From Gemmatimonadales bacterium (GTDB taxonomy: Bacteria > Gemmatimonadota > Gemmatimonadetes > Gemmatimonadales > GWC2-71-9): a stretch of 64,000 bases of DNA. Positions 18,334 to 28,011 of this stretch are shown here, in pieces (position 1 is the first letter of the stretch; each line of letters starts with the position of its first letter). The translations under genes were made by a program, and so were the position numbers. The notes beneath the pieces were generated by a model. It saw only the letters and a program-made list of their open reading frames with translations, did not search any database and was not told the origin of the DNA. The stretch lies in contig JBFJCP010000006.1 of assembly GCA_041615815.1 (NCBI GenBank), positions 1 to 64,000 of the forward strand. The letters are read 5' to 3'.

Positions 18334-19614
18334 TCAGGTCATCGAGGTGATAACCTCCACCACACGGTCTACGTCGGCCATGGTATTGTAGATATGCGGA
18401 CTCAACCGAAGCCCGGAGAACGCGCCTCCCATGGCGGCTCCGGCGATCCCGTGCTCGTGGTAGAGGGTCTCGAACAGATCTCTCGGCTCTCCCCTGGGGG
18501 TCCGAAAGATCACCACCCCGGCCGAGAGAGCAGGGCTTGCGGGAGTATGAAAGGTCACGCCGGGCACCCCGGCGCGAAGCCGGGACTTGAGCGCCGCGGC
18601 CACGTCCCGCACTCGAGTCTCGATCCGATCGGGGCCAATGGTCTCGTGGAACGTGACGGTGGTACCGACCGCGGCAACGGCGGCGTCGTCGCGCTGGCCC
18701 AGGGTCTCGAGCTTCCGAGCTCCTTGCTCGACGGCCTGCTCCCACCCAAGTCCAACGTCGCTTGGCCAAAGCGCGTCGATACGTTCGCGTCGGACGTACA
18801 ATACCCCTACCTCCTTCGGGCCCACGAACCACTTGTGCGTACTGCCGGTATAGAAGTCACATCCGAGTTCGTGAAGGTCGAGGCGAAGGGCACCAAAGAC
18901 CTGCGCCCCGTCGATGAGCGTCAGGATGCCACGATCGCGGGCTAACTGACACAGCTCGTGAGCCGGCAAGGCCACGCCCGAAATGTTGGAGACGTGGCTG
19001 AACGCCAGGACCCGTGTTCGGCCCGTTATCGCCGATTCGAACGGAGCCACGAGCTCTGGGACGGATCGCGGGTTCGTTGGCGTGGTCACGCGCCTCACGG
19101 CGAATCCCGATCGTTGCGCCCGGACGTCCCATGCAACGTTGCACGTTGGATGATTCTGGTCCCAAATGACGACCTCGTCTCCGGCGCTCAGCGCCAACCC
19201 ATTGACGACCGTGTTGTTTCCCTCGCTGGTGTTGCGCGTGATGGCGATCTCGTCCGCACTAACCCGCAGATACCTCGCCAGTTGCTCGCGGGCCGCGTCC
19301 CTCAGCGTTCCGAACTTGGCCCGATTCTGGAACGAAGCATCACGGTCGATATCTCGTGTGTAACCGGTAACGGCCTCGATCACCGGGTACGGCGACGGAC
19401 AGAGGTTGGCGGCATTCATGAGGATGAGCCCACGTCGCAGTGGGAACTGCTCCTTCACCATTTGCCAGTATGCTTCGTCGGCCTGTCCTCCCAAGGGTGG
19501 GGCGAGCGGAGGCGGGCCGGCGTGGGCGGGTGACGGGCGCGCGGCAGTGAGACCTGCGGTCGCGACGAGCCCACCTAGGGCTCGGACAAATCCGCGGCGG
19601 TCGTGGCTGATCAT
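18334..19614 (-). CDS. Tat-exported class V PLP aminotransferase-fold enzyme (isopenicillin N epimerase/cysteine desulfurase-like)
   Basis: DRRGFVRALGG twin-Arg signal; RNTSEG, DGAQ, STHKW PLP lysine, LRLSPHIYN. Confidence 0.85.
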   Translation of the reverse strand: MISHDRRGFVRALGGLVATAGLTAARPSPAHAGPPPLAPPLGGQADEAYWQMVKEQFPLRRGLILMNAANLCPSPYPVIEAVTGYTRDIDRDASFQNRAKFGTLRDAAREQLARYLRVSADEIAITRNTSEGNNTVVNGLALSAGDEVVIWDQNHPTCNVAWDVRAQRSGFAVRRVTTPTNPRSVPELVAPFESAITGRTRVLAFSHVSNISGVALPAHELCQLARDRGILTLIDGAQVFGALRLDLHELGCDFYTGSTHKWFVGPKEVGVLYVRRERIDALWPSDVGLGWEQAVEQGARKLETLGQRDDAAVAAVGTTVTFHETIGPDRIETRVRDVAAALKSRLRAGVPGVTFHTPASPALSAGVVIFRTPRGEPRDLFETLYHEHGIAGAAMGGAFSGLRLSPHIYNTMADVDRVVEVITSMT

Positions 19615-19727
19615 GAGTTCCCTCCTCGCGGATGTTCGAGCACTGCGGAGCGAACTTGCCCACACGGACACAAACGCTAAGATGGAGTTCGCTACCGAGC
19701 TGCGCCAGCGGCTGACCGAGAGGGAGC

Positions 19728-20012
19728 ATGGAAGCCTATCAGATCCAATCGTTGCTCGAAATGCTCATCGTCACTGGTGGGGCGCTTACGGGTCTCTGGA
19801 TCGTCGCTCGGGCGTGGACCCACCGCCGCTCGCAGGTGCCGGCAGGGGACGTCGAACGGCTATCCGCGTCCGTCGAGCGCTTGTCTGAGGGAATCGAACG
19901 AATGCAGATCGAGCTCGCCGACCTCTCCGAACGGCTCGACTTCACTGAGCGAGCGCTGGCACGTCTCCCTCGTGGGAGTGACGTCGGGAGGATTGGCGAT
20001 GGGCCTGTCTAG
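19728..20012 (+). CDS. Small single-TM coiled-coil protein (DLSERLDFTERAL motif)
   Basis: GAGGGAG RBS, TM, coiled coil; similar to 11107-11403. Confidence 0.68.
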   Translation: MEAYQIQSLLEMLIVTGGALTGLWIVARAWTHRRSQVPAGDVERLSASVERLSEGIERMQIELADLSERLDFTERALARLPRGSDVGRIGDGPV

Positions 20013-21862
20013 GCCGCGTGCGACGGTGCGAGCAACTCCTCGATCTCCTCGACGGCGGCCGCGTGTGCTTCCACATCTGCGCCGATGCCATCGATGAGTT
20101 CGTCCAACAATTGTCTCGTCGGATCGATTTCCACCGACCGCGCGCGCAATCGATGGAGTACCGTCACGCCGTTCAAGAACCGCTGAACGAGAGCGTCTCG
20201 AAGCCGCTCGGTTCGTACCAATCCATCCACCCAGCGGACATCGGCCGTCTCGAGCTGCCGGCTCGTCTCTAGGAGCTCGAGGCTCTGTTCCAGATCCGCG
20301 AGGTCTAGGGCGGCGGCGCAGGCCTGCTCCAAGAGAACGTCCAGCTGCTCGGTAGGAACGGGTGAAAACCGTGCTTGGAGGAGCGCACGATAGGTCGGCT
20401 CCGCCGCTCGCACCAGCCGTGTTAGAAGGCCTCGAGCGGAACCCCCGGGTAGTTGCGCAAAGGTCTCGATAACCTGGCGTTCAACGTTGGCTGGGAAGAT
20501 GGGCTGGCGACGCGATGGTGTGAGTACCGGTCGCTGAAGTCGACGCTGACCGGCAAGCAGCAGCAACGCGGCCATGAGCGGGCTCGTCCACAGCAGAAGG
20601 GGCGCGGCAGTGATGCCGGCAGCCCCACCCACGATCACGACAGCCAGCAACATCCCGTAAAAAGGCCAAGGCACAGCGGTCCAGGCCGTGATGGCCTTCT
20701 TGGCCTGGGCGGGAATCCCCCGCTCTCCGAGTGTTTGGAGCACCGTGTCAGCTGTGACGGCGGGCACCTTCATGAGCGCACGATGGCCGGCCGCTACGAG
20801 GTGACGGTCGGCGGCATGCGCGCGCCCCTCCAGCAAGGGCACCAACGCCTGGGCTATCTGATCCGTATCCCGACGCCTTTCGGTTTCGCGCACGAAGATT
20901 AGCGTGTCACCCTGGCCATGAACTGAACCGCTACAGGCGGGGCAGATCCCGAGGCCGAACGGCTCGGACGCCCGGCAAATCACACAGTGTTCGGGTCCGT
21001 CTTGATGATCGTCCACCGGCGACACTAAGTCGCTTTGGCGCCGAAGTGCATCGTGGAAGCTCGTCACCGTTGGGAAGCGGCGGTCGGGATCCGCTGCGGT
21101 GGCAGCGGCCACCGCGTCGTCCAGCCATTCAGGTACTTCGATTCGGACCTTGGAAGGTCGGTGGCCGTCTTGGTGGGGTGCGGGTGCCGAATGGGAGGTG
21201 GTACCGGGAGGCAATCGCCCGGCGAGCGCGAAGTACAACGTCACACCCAGCGCGTACACGTCGGCCCGAGCATCGGCCCGCTCTCCTTGCAACAGCTCCG
21301 GCGCCGTGTACTGGATCGTGCCCACGAGCCCCCCGGTGCCGGTAAGCGTATGGCCGTCGACGCGCGCCGAGCCAAAATCCACGAGGCGCGGGGTCCCGTC
21401 CACTTCCAACAGGACGTTTTGTGGTTTGACGTCGCGGTGAAGGATTCCGTGATCGTGCGCGGCCTCCAGCGCCGTGGCGACGCCAACGCCTACCTCGAGC
21501 GCGTCGTCGATGGAGAGCGGGCCATTCGCGGCCACGTGCTGGGCCAGATTCTTCCCGGCTATGCGCTCCATCACGATGAAACTCCAGGAACCCTCCTCCT
21601 GAAAGTCGTAGACGTGAACGACGTTGGGATGGCGGATCCGGCGCACCGCGTGCACTTCACGTCGCATTCGGTCTCGGGCGAGCTGCGCCGACGCTGGTGG
21701 AGGGACGAGTAGCTTGATGGCGACGTCGGTGTGGAGTTCGCGATCCCGCGCGCCGTAGACGACGGAGAATCCCCCGCGGCCGATCTCCTCTACGAGCTCG
21801 TACCGATCCACCAAGATCGTGCCAAGCGCGGGAAATGGCGACGCGTGGGCCGACACCGTCAT
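20009..21862 (-). CDS. Ser/Thr protein kinase with Zn-ribbon, TM hairpin and helical C-terminus
   Basis: GRGGFSVV, VAIK, HRDVKPQN, DFG, YTAPE; CVIC..CPAC; two TM segments. Confidence 0.85.
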   Translation of the reverse strand: MTVSAHASPFPALGTILVDRYELVEEIGRGGFSVVYGARDRELHTDVAIKLLVPPPASAQLARDRMRREVHAVRRIRHPNVVHVYDFQEEGSWSFIVMERIAGKNLAQHVAANGPLSIDDALEVGVGVATALEAAHDHGILHRDVKPQNVLLEVDGTPRLVDFGSARVDGHTLTGTGGLVGTIQYTAPELLQGERADARADVYALGVTLYFALAGRLPPGTTSHSAPAPHQDGHRPSKVRIEVPEWLDDAVAAATAADPDRRFPTVTSFHDALRRQSDLVSPVDDHQDGPEHCVICRASEPFGLGICPACSGSVHGQGDTLIFVRETERRRDTDQIAQALVPLLEGRAHAADRHLVAAGHRALMKVPAVTADTVLQTLGERGIPAQAKKAITAWTAVPWPFYGMLLAVVIVGGAAGITAAPLLLWTSPLMAALLLLAGQRRLQRPVLTPSRRQPIFPANVERQVIETFAQLPGGSARGLLTRLVRAAEPTYRALLQARFSPVPTEQLDVLLEQACAAALDLADLEQSLELLETSRQLETADVRWVDGLVRTERLRDALVQRFLNGVTVLHRLRARSVEIDPTRQLLDELIDGIGADVEAHAAAVEEIEELLAPSHAA

Positions 21863-22428
21863 GGCGTATCCAGGTCCTGCAACATGACCTGCGCATTTCG
21901 GGTGAAGCCATCTTGGACGTCGTAGTACGACATGAAATCGCGGAGGTAACGCCGGGCGAGATCCCGACGTCCCAGCGAGTAGTTGGAGGCACCGGCGTGA
22001 TATAGTGCTTGGTAGTGATTGGGCCAGAACTCGACTACGAGCTCCATGATGGGTCCAGCGGAACGATCGTCACCCATATCGGCAATCGGATGACCAATGT
22101 CGAACACGATCCCCGCCGCCTTCCATCGGTCGTCTCCCGGCAAGTTCGAGATGATCTTGCGTGAGGTCGCGATGTTCCCCGCCAGAGCATAGCAGGCCGC
22201 GCTGAACCCCGAGCCTTCGAGCGTCGTGGGTGGCGGAACCTGTCGATGAATCGTCGCCGCCTCGAGAGTGTTGCAGTACGGTTTGACCGCTTGAAACCAT
22301 CTCCACCCGTCGGAGTCGATGTCGACCATCGTGAATCCTGTTGGGTAGACGACGGGCGCCGGCCCTCGCCAGAGTGCGTAGCCGCTGACGCCGAGATAGA
22401 GTAGCCCGATGAAGTAGAGCGATCGCAC
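21859..22428 (-). CDS. Membrane-anchored TPR-like hypothetical protein
   Basis: GAGGAG RBS before GTG 22428; N-terminal TM; WPNHYQALYHAGAS; ATGA overlap with the kinase. Confidence 0.62.
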   Translation of the reverse strand: MRSLYFIGLLYLGVSGYALWRGPAPVVYPTGFTMVDIDSDGWRWFQAVKPYCNTLEAATIHRQVPPPTTLEGSGFSAACYALAGNIATSRKIISNLPGDDRWKAAGIVFDIGHPIADMGDDRSAGPIMELVVEFWPNHYQALYHAGASNYSLGRRDLARRYLRDFMSYYDVQDGFTRNAQVMLQDLDTP

Positions 22429-22938
22429 GTGCTCCTCGCGCCGTGACCGAGGGGAATCATGGCCCCTCATCGAAGGGAGACGAGTCGAGCTGAGCCGAAT
22501 GCACACAGTCGCCTTGTAGCGCAGGTGCATCGTGCCCAAAGGCGCAAGAGACATGCCTTCGAGAGTTTGTTTGTAAGTCTCTAGACCTGGGTCAGTTGTG
22601 GGGCTTGTCCTCGGCTGGCGCTGACTGCAGACCTTGGAAAACGCGGACACATATGCGGAGTGCGAAGTACGACGGTGCCGACGAGCCAGCTCGGCGCCCC
22701 GCTCCAGCGTGGGGTTTGTGTATTTCGTACGGTTAGGCGATAGACAAATACACCACACGGATGGTGTCATCGATCACAGGTGCCAGCTCTTGGTACTGAA
22801 TCGTCGCCCGCAAAGGGACGATGACGAGCCTGAGCGTCCGACACAGGATTGGCCCTGGTGACCCAGCGCCACGCCTCGACTGGGGTGGCTTCTCGTAGCG
22901 CTATGTGCTAGAACATCCAATTCCTGGATTCGTACGGA

Positions 22939-25905
22939 GTGAATGACATGCAGCCCTTGCACCCAATCCTCGTGGCGACGGTCCTGAGCGTCGCCGCCAT
23001 TCCGCTCGGCGCGCAACGTCCCCGTCCCGATGGGCCGGTCACGGTGAACACGAGGAGTGCGGCGTGGGAACGACACCGGCAGCTCGCCGATAACTCTCGA
23101 TTCAAAGGGCTCCGGTGGCGTAGCGTTGGGCCGGTCGTTCAAGGTGGACGGCTCGTCGACATCGAAGGCGTTCCCGGAGAGCCATACACCTTCTACGTGG
23201 CCTATGCATCAGGTGGTGTCTGGAAGACGACCAACAACGGCGTCTCCTTTGAACCGCTGTTCGACGATCAACCGTCGATCATTATTGGGGACATCGCGCT
23301 CGATCCGTCCAATCCACAAACGGTCTATGTGGGTACCGGAGAGAACAACTCCTCACGGTCCTCGTACGGCGGTGCAGGGGTGTATCGCTCCCATGACGGC
23401 GGCGGCTCATGGGTACCGCTCGGCCTCGCGGATTCCGATCGCATTGGCCGAATTCTCGTAGACCCTCGCGATCCGGGGCGGATCTTCGTTGCGGCGCTCG
23501 GGAAGCTTTATACGCCGGGGGGTGAGCGAGGTGTGTACCGTAGCGACGATCGCGGCGAGACCTGGGAGCGGGTTCTCGCCGGCGACTCAGTGACAGGCTT
23601 CGTGGATCTTGTCTTCGAGCCCGGAAACCCGAACGTGGTGTACGCTGCAGCTTGGGAGCGGTCCCGTCGGCCGTGGAACTTTGTGGAGGGAGGACGAGGG
23701 AGCGCCGTTTGGAAATCCCGCGATGGTGGGAATACCTGGCAGCGCCTTGCCGGTGGGTTCCCAAGCGATGAACACGTGGGGCGGATCGGGTTTGCGATAT
23801 CGCCCTCCAATCCGACCACTGTCTACGCCTCGGTGGACAATCAGGCGCTCCTGCCCGAGGAGGATTGGGATCTCGGGGACGGCGCCCTGACGGCCAAGAG
23901 GCTCCGCACCATGAGCAAGGACGGGTTCCTGACGCAGAATCCGGAAGAGGTTGAAGACTTTCTGAGACGGTACGATTTGGATCCGCGACTCGACGCTTCC
24001 GCGCTGTTGGACGCTGTCCGTGCCGACTCCATCACGGTGCAAGATCTTCTGGCAGCGCTCCAAAACGCGAATCAACAGCTCTTCGAGACGGACATTCGCG
24101 GTATCGAGGTGTGGCGTTCGGACGACGCCGGGGAGAATTGGCGCCGGATGAATCCTGAGCCCATTCGCGAGGCAGTTTACACTTACGGTTACTACTTCGG
24201 GCAAATACGGGTGGCGCCGGACGATCCCAATCGGGTGTTCATCCTCGGCGTTCCCCTGCTCGCATCAAACGACGGAGGGGCAACGTTCCGCCAGATTGCG
24301 GGACGTCAGGTGCACGGCGACCATCAGGCGTTCTGGATCGACCCATCTTATCCGAACCGGGTCCTCATTGGGAACGACGGTGGCCTGAACATGAGTTTCG
24401 ACGGCGGCGCAACCTGGCTCACGTTGAACTCGATCCCCGTCGGACAGTTCTACACCGTGGCAGTCGACATGGCTGAGCCGTATAACGTGTACGGCGGTCT
24501 ACAAGACAATGGCGTGCTCAAAGGTTCCTCCCGTTCTCGGCCGGGTATTACGGCGCCGTGGGAACGAGTAGGCGGTGGCGACGGGATGTACGTGCAGGTC
24601 GACCCTCGAGACAACAAGACGGTGTACTGGGGTTTCCAATTCGGCAATTACTTTCGGCAAGGTACCGATGGGCGCGAGCGCATCAAGCCTCGGAACGGCG
24701 TAAAGGAGGAGGCGCTGCGCTACAATTGGTCCTCGCCCGTTCTGTTGTCCTCTCACAACGCAGATGTGCTGTATTTCGGGGCCAACCACCTGTTCCGGTC
24801 GATGGATAAAGGCGAAACGTGGACGGCGATCAGCGAAGATCTCACCCGAAGCAACAATCGGGGAGACGTACCGTTCGCCACGATCACCACGGTGTCCGAG
24901 TCGCCTAAAGCGTTTGGGCTACTCTGGGCTGGGACGGATGACGGTCATATCTACGTCACCGAGGGAGGATTCGAATGGAAGACGGTCGCGGGGTCGCTGC
25001 CGGCAGATCGCTGGGTTTCTCGAGTGGAGGCTTCCCACCACGTTCGCGATCGGGCCTACGTCAGCCTCAATGGATACCGTGACGACGACATTGCCGCCTA
25101 TGTGTACCGCACCGATGATCTCGGGTCCACGTGGCGAGACATCGGCGCCAGTCTGCCCGCCGAGCCCGTGAACGTGGTTCGTGAGGATCCCGTGAATCCT
25201 GCCGTGCTCTACGTGGGCACCGATCGTGGAGTGTACGTGTCACTCGATAGCGGGTCGACCTGGGAAGCTGCGGGTGCAGGTCTGCCGAACGTGCCGGTCC
25301 ACGATTTGGTGGTGCATCCGCGTGAGCGGGAGCTGGTCGCCGGCACACACGGGCGCAGTGTCTGGATTCTCGACGTTCTCCCCATTCAGGAGTTGACAAC
25401 GAGTATCCGCGGCTCGCGGGTCCACGTGTTTCCCATCGAACCCATCACGTTCGATCGGTCGTGGAGGTCGCGCCGGTCACGTTGGTTTTTCCGTGAGGAC
25501 GACGCGCCGTATCGGGACATTCCTTTGTGGGTGAGCAACGCGGGGCGCGTGACCTGGACGGTCCTCGATTCGGCGGGAAGGGCGCTTCGTTCGGGGGAGT
25601 TGGACGCGACGCCGGGTGTGAACACGGTTCGTTGGGATCTCTTGCTGGACGCCGAGCTCGCGATCCGGGCCGAGCAGGAGGGGACTACCGGTAGGGGAGA
25701 ACTCGATCCATCGCACAGGCTCTGGGCTGAGGCGGTGCGATTGGAACGTCCGCTCTATGTGACGCCAGGTTCCTATACCTTCCGAGTCGGTCAGGGTGCA
25801 ACGACGGCTGCGGCTGAACTGGAGGTCGAGCAACCAAAGCCGCGCGAGCCGCGGGCCAGCCCCCGGCCCAGGATTCGGGGAGAGAAGAAGAAGCCCAACC
25901 GCTGA
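22939..25905 (+). CDS. Secreted BNR/Asp-box (VPS10/sortilin-like) beta-propeller protein
   Basis: Signal peptide; many SxDxGxTW repeats; HGDHQAFWIDP, GGLQDNG, GTHGRS. Confidence 0.85.
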   Translation: MNDMQPLHPILVATVLSVAAIPLGAQRPRPDGPVTVNTRSAAWERHRQLADNSRFKGLRWRSVGPVVQGGRLVDIEGVPGEPYTFYVAYASGGVWKTTNNGVSFEPLFDDQPSIIIGDIALDPSNPQTVYVGTGENNSSRSSYGGAGVYRSHDGGGSWVPLGLADSDRIGRILVDPRDPGRIFVAALGKLYTPGGERGVYRSDDRGETWERVLAGDSVTGFVDLVFEPGNPNVVYAAAWERSRRPWNFVEGGRGSAVWKSRDGGNTWQRLAGGFPSDEHVGRIGFAISPSNPTTVYASVDNQALLPEEDWDLGDGALTAKRLRTMSKDGFLTQNPEEVEDFLRRYDLDPRLDASALLDAVRADSITVQDLLAALQNANQQLFETDIRGIEVWRSDDAGENWRRMNPEPIREAVYTYGYYFGQIRVAPDDPNRVFILGVPLLASNDGGATFRQIAGRQVHGDHQAFWIDPSYPNRVLIGNDGGLNMSFDGGATWLTLNSIPVGQFYTVAVDMAEPYNVYGGLQDNGVLKGSSRSRPGITAPWERVGGGDGMYVQVDPRDNKTVYWGFQFGNYFRQGTDGRERIKPRNGVKEEALRYNWSSPVLLSSHNADVLYFGANHLFRSMDKGETWTAISEDLTRSNNRGDVPFATITTVSESPKAFGLLWAGTDDGHIYVTEGGFEWKTVAGSLPADRWVSRVEASHHVRDRAYVSLNGYRDDDIAAYVYRTDDLGSTWRDIGASLPAEPVNVVREDPVNPAVLYVGTDRGVYVSLDSGSTWEAAGAGLPNVPVHDLVVHPRERELVAGTHGRSVWILDVLPIQELTTSIRGSRVHVFPIEPITFDRSWRSRRSRWFFREDDAPYRDIPLWVSNAGRVTWTVLDSAGRALRSGELDATPGVNTVRWDLLLDAELAIRAEQEGTTGRGELDPSHRLWAEAVRLERPLYVTPGSYTFRVGQGATTAAAELEVEQPKPREPRASPRPRIRGEKKKPNR

Positions 25906-26045
25906 GCTCTAGGGCAGGTGCCAAAGAGTGATCGTGCCTTTGGAAGGCGATGCTTTGGAATCAGTTGGGGGTGACCCCGAGCACGATCCCCGCGCCATGT
26001 CGGGTTCACATGCCGGGCCGCCCGGAACCCTGGGTTTCGCGCATG

Positions 26046-26981
26046 TCATGGTTCCATCCCGCGCCGTCGGATGAAAGTCTCGAGGGTCTCCAAGGTAGGG
26101 AGGGATGTTTGGGCACCGGCTTTGAGCGTCGCCAGCGCGCCCGCGAAGCTGGCGAATTGGACCGCGGCCTCGAGCGGCCGGCCCAAGGCGAGGGCGTAGG
26201 CAAGGGCACCGTTGAAGGCGTCGCCGGCCCCAGTGGTGTCCACGGGTTCTACCTCGACGGCGTCCGTTTGGCCGGTTGCGGAGCCATCGGTCCACACGGC
26301 ACCAGACGCTCCCAGGGTCACGATCACCGACGTACCCGTTCTCGCTTGAATGGTGGCCGCGGCGCGATGGGCACCGCCTACGTCGCGAGCCGCAACTTCG
26401 GCCATTGCTTCTGCCTCCCCACGATTGGGGGTCAACACCGTCAGTCGTGCGAGCAGTTCCGAGGGTAACGGTTGGGCCGGGGCGGGGTTGAGCACAACGG
26501 GGATCCCAGCATCGGCAGCTATTTCCGTCGCGTACGCCACCGTCTCCAGCGGAACCTCGAGCTGCATGAGTACGAGATCTGCCTGAGTGATGGCATCTCT
26601 TGCGCGTTCGATATCCGGCGGGCCCAGTTTCGCGTTGGCCCCTGGCGCCACCGCAATGGCGTTTTCCCCGCTCTGGCCGACGACGATTAGGGCGACACCC
26701 GAGTGAGCGTCCGGATCCTGGATTACAAACCTCGTGTCGACTCGTTCCCGGCGGAGACCTACCAGTGCCGCTCGGCCAAAATCATCCTCGCCGGTGCGGG
26801 CTATCAGGCACACATGCGCGCCGAGCCGAGCGGCAGCGACGGCCTGGTTCGCTCCTTTCCCCCCGGGTGCGGTGAGATACGAGTGACCCAGCACCGTCTC
26901 ACCGGGCGTAGGGAGACGGTCCGCACGCACGATGAGATCGGTATTCGAGCTTCCAACGACGACAATGCGGGGGCTCGCCAT
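26046..26981 (-). CDS. rbsK: Ribokinase
   Basis: VVGSSNTD, GGKGANQAVAAARLG, LNPAPA, DTTGAGDAF. Confidence 0.92.
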   Translation of the reverse strand: MASPRIVVVGSSNTDLIVRADRLPTPGETVLGHSYLTAPGGKGANQAVAAARLGAHVCLIARTGEDDFGRAALVGLRRERVDTRFVIQDPDAHSGVALIVVGQSGENAIAVAPGANAKLGPPDIERARDAITQADLVLMQLEVPLETVAYATEIAADAGIPVVLNPAPAQPLPSELLARLTVLTPNRGEAEAMAEVAARDVGGAHRAAATIQARTGTSVIVTLGASGAVWTDGSATGQTDAVEVEPVDTTGAGDAFNGALAYALALGRPLEAAVQFASFAGALATLKAGAQTSLPTLETLETFIRRRGMEP

Positions 26982-26992
26982 TGAGGGGAGCC

Positions 26993-27964
26993 TTAGGGTT
27001 CCCGAAGAGCTCGGTAAAGCATCGCCTTCCACTTGGCCACGTCTATCTGCCAGCAGACGTCCACGTTTGGTCCCCCGCGGTGGAGGGTTCCCCAGTGATC
27101 GCGGTTCCGCTCGTCGTGTGTCACACCGAGCGCATCCACGACGGACATCCCGCGGGTGAGGGGGCTCATGATCTCGATGTCGACATAGTGCCTGCTGCGA
27201 CGCGTACAGACCGCGGGATCCAAGGCAACGGCCATCGCGACTGGATCCGGTAGTGCGAGCCCAGGATCGCCGGATTGTCGATGGTTTGCGGCGAGGGCCG
27301 TGCGGTTGCAGTCGATCGCAAAGCGCGCAAGCGGCGTCTCGAAGCCACGGATCTGCTCGATCTCGTGGGGGAGCAGGTTGGCCTCCTTCCGGCACAATTC
27401 CCAGCCCACCATCTCGATCGGGAGGCCCGCATGAAAGACCCTTCGCGCGGCTTCGGGATCGACCCAGAGATTGTATTCGGCGGCGGGTGTCACATTGCCG
27501 ACGGTACACGCCGCACCGCCCATCACCACGCACCGGGCAATTTGACTGGCGATCCTCGGCTCTCGCTCCAGCGCCAGGGCGATGTTCGTGAGTGGGCCGA
27601 GGGTCACCAGCGTGAGGCCCGGGTGAGCACGAACGGTCTCGATGATTGCCTCGAGCGCGGTTGTCTCTCGGGGTTGCAGCTCGGCCGCCGGATAGTGCTG
27701 ATCTCCCAGACCGTCTGACCCGTGAAAGAACTCCGCGTAGATGGGTTCTCGATTCAGCGGGCGTTCGGCGCCGCGGTACACGGGGGTGGTCTTGCCGCAC
27801 AACTCTACGGTGTAAAGGGCGTTTTGGACTCCCTGATCGACCGCGACGTTTCCGGATACCACGGTGATGGCGACGACGCGGACGTCCGGCCACCGCAATG
27901 CCATGATGAGGGCCACGGCATCGTCGGATGCGGTGTCGGTGTCGATGAGAAATGTGCGGGGCAC
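26993..27964 (-). CDS. Nucleoside hydrolase (IU-NH family)
   Basis: IDTDTASDD, HGSDGLG, LGPLTNIA, AEYNLWVDPEAA; co-oriented with rbsK. Confidence 0.9.
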   Translation of the reverse strand: MPRTFLIDTDTASDDAVALIMALRWPDVRVVAITVVSGNVAVDQGVQNALYTVELCGKTTPVYRGAERPLNREPIYAEFFHGSDGLGDQHYPAAELQPRETTALEAIIETVRAHPGLTLVTLGPLTNIALALEREPRIASQIARCVVMGGAACTVGNVTPAAEYNLWVDPEAARRVFHAGLPIEMVGWELCRKEANLLPHEIEQIRGFETPLARFAIDCNRTALAANHRQSGDPGLALPDPVAMAVALDPAVCTRRSRHYVDIEIMSPLTRGMSVVDALGVTHDERNRDHWGTLHRGGPNVDVCWQIDVAKWKAMLYRALREP

Positions 27965-28011
27965 GATCCGAAGCTACCCTTCAGGGTGTATCGTGGAAGG
28001 GTGTTTCACGG

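Noticed and set aside
22429..22770. Upstream extension of the 303-aa ORF
   Set aside because: Non-protein-like composition; a good RBS and TM segment begin at GTG 22428.
26046..27893. 615-aa ORF as a fused ribokinase
   Set aside because: The N-terminal 300 aa is an off-frame read through the nucleoside hydrolase gene; ribokinase homology starts at ATG 26981.
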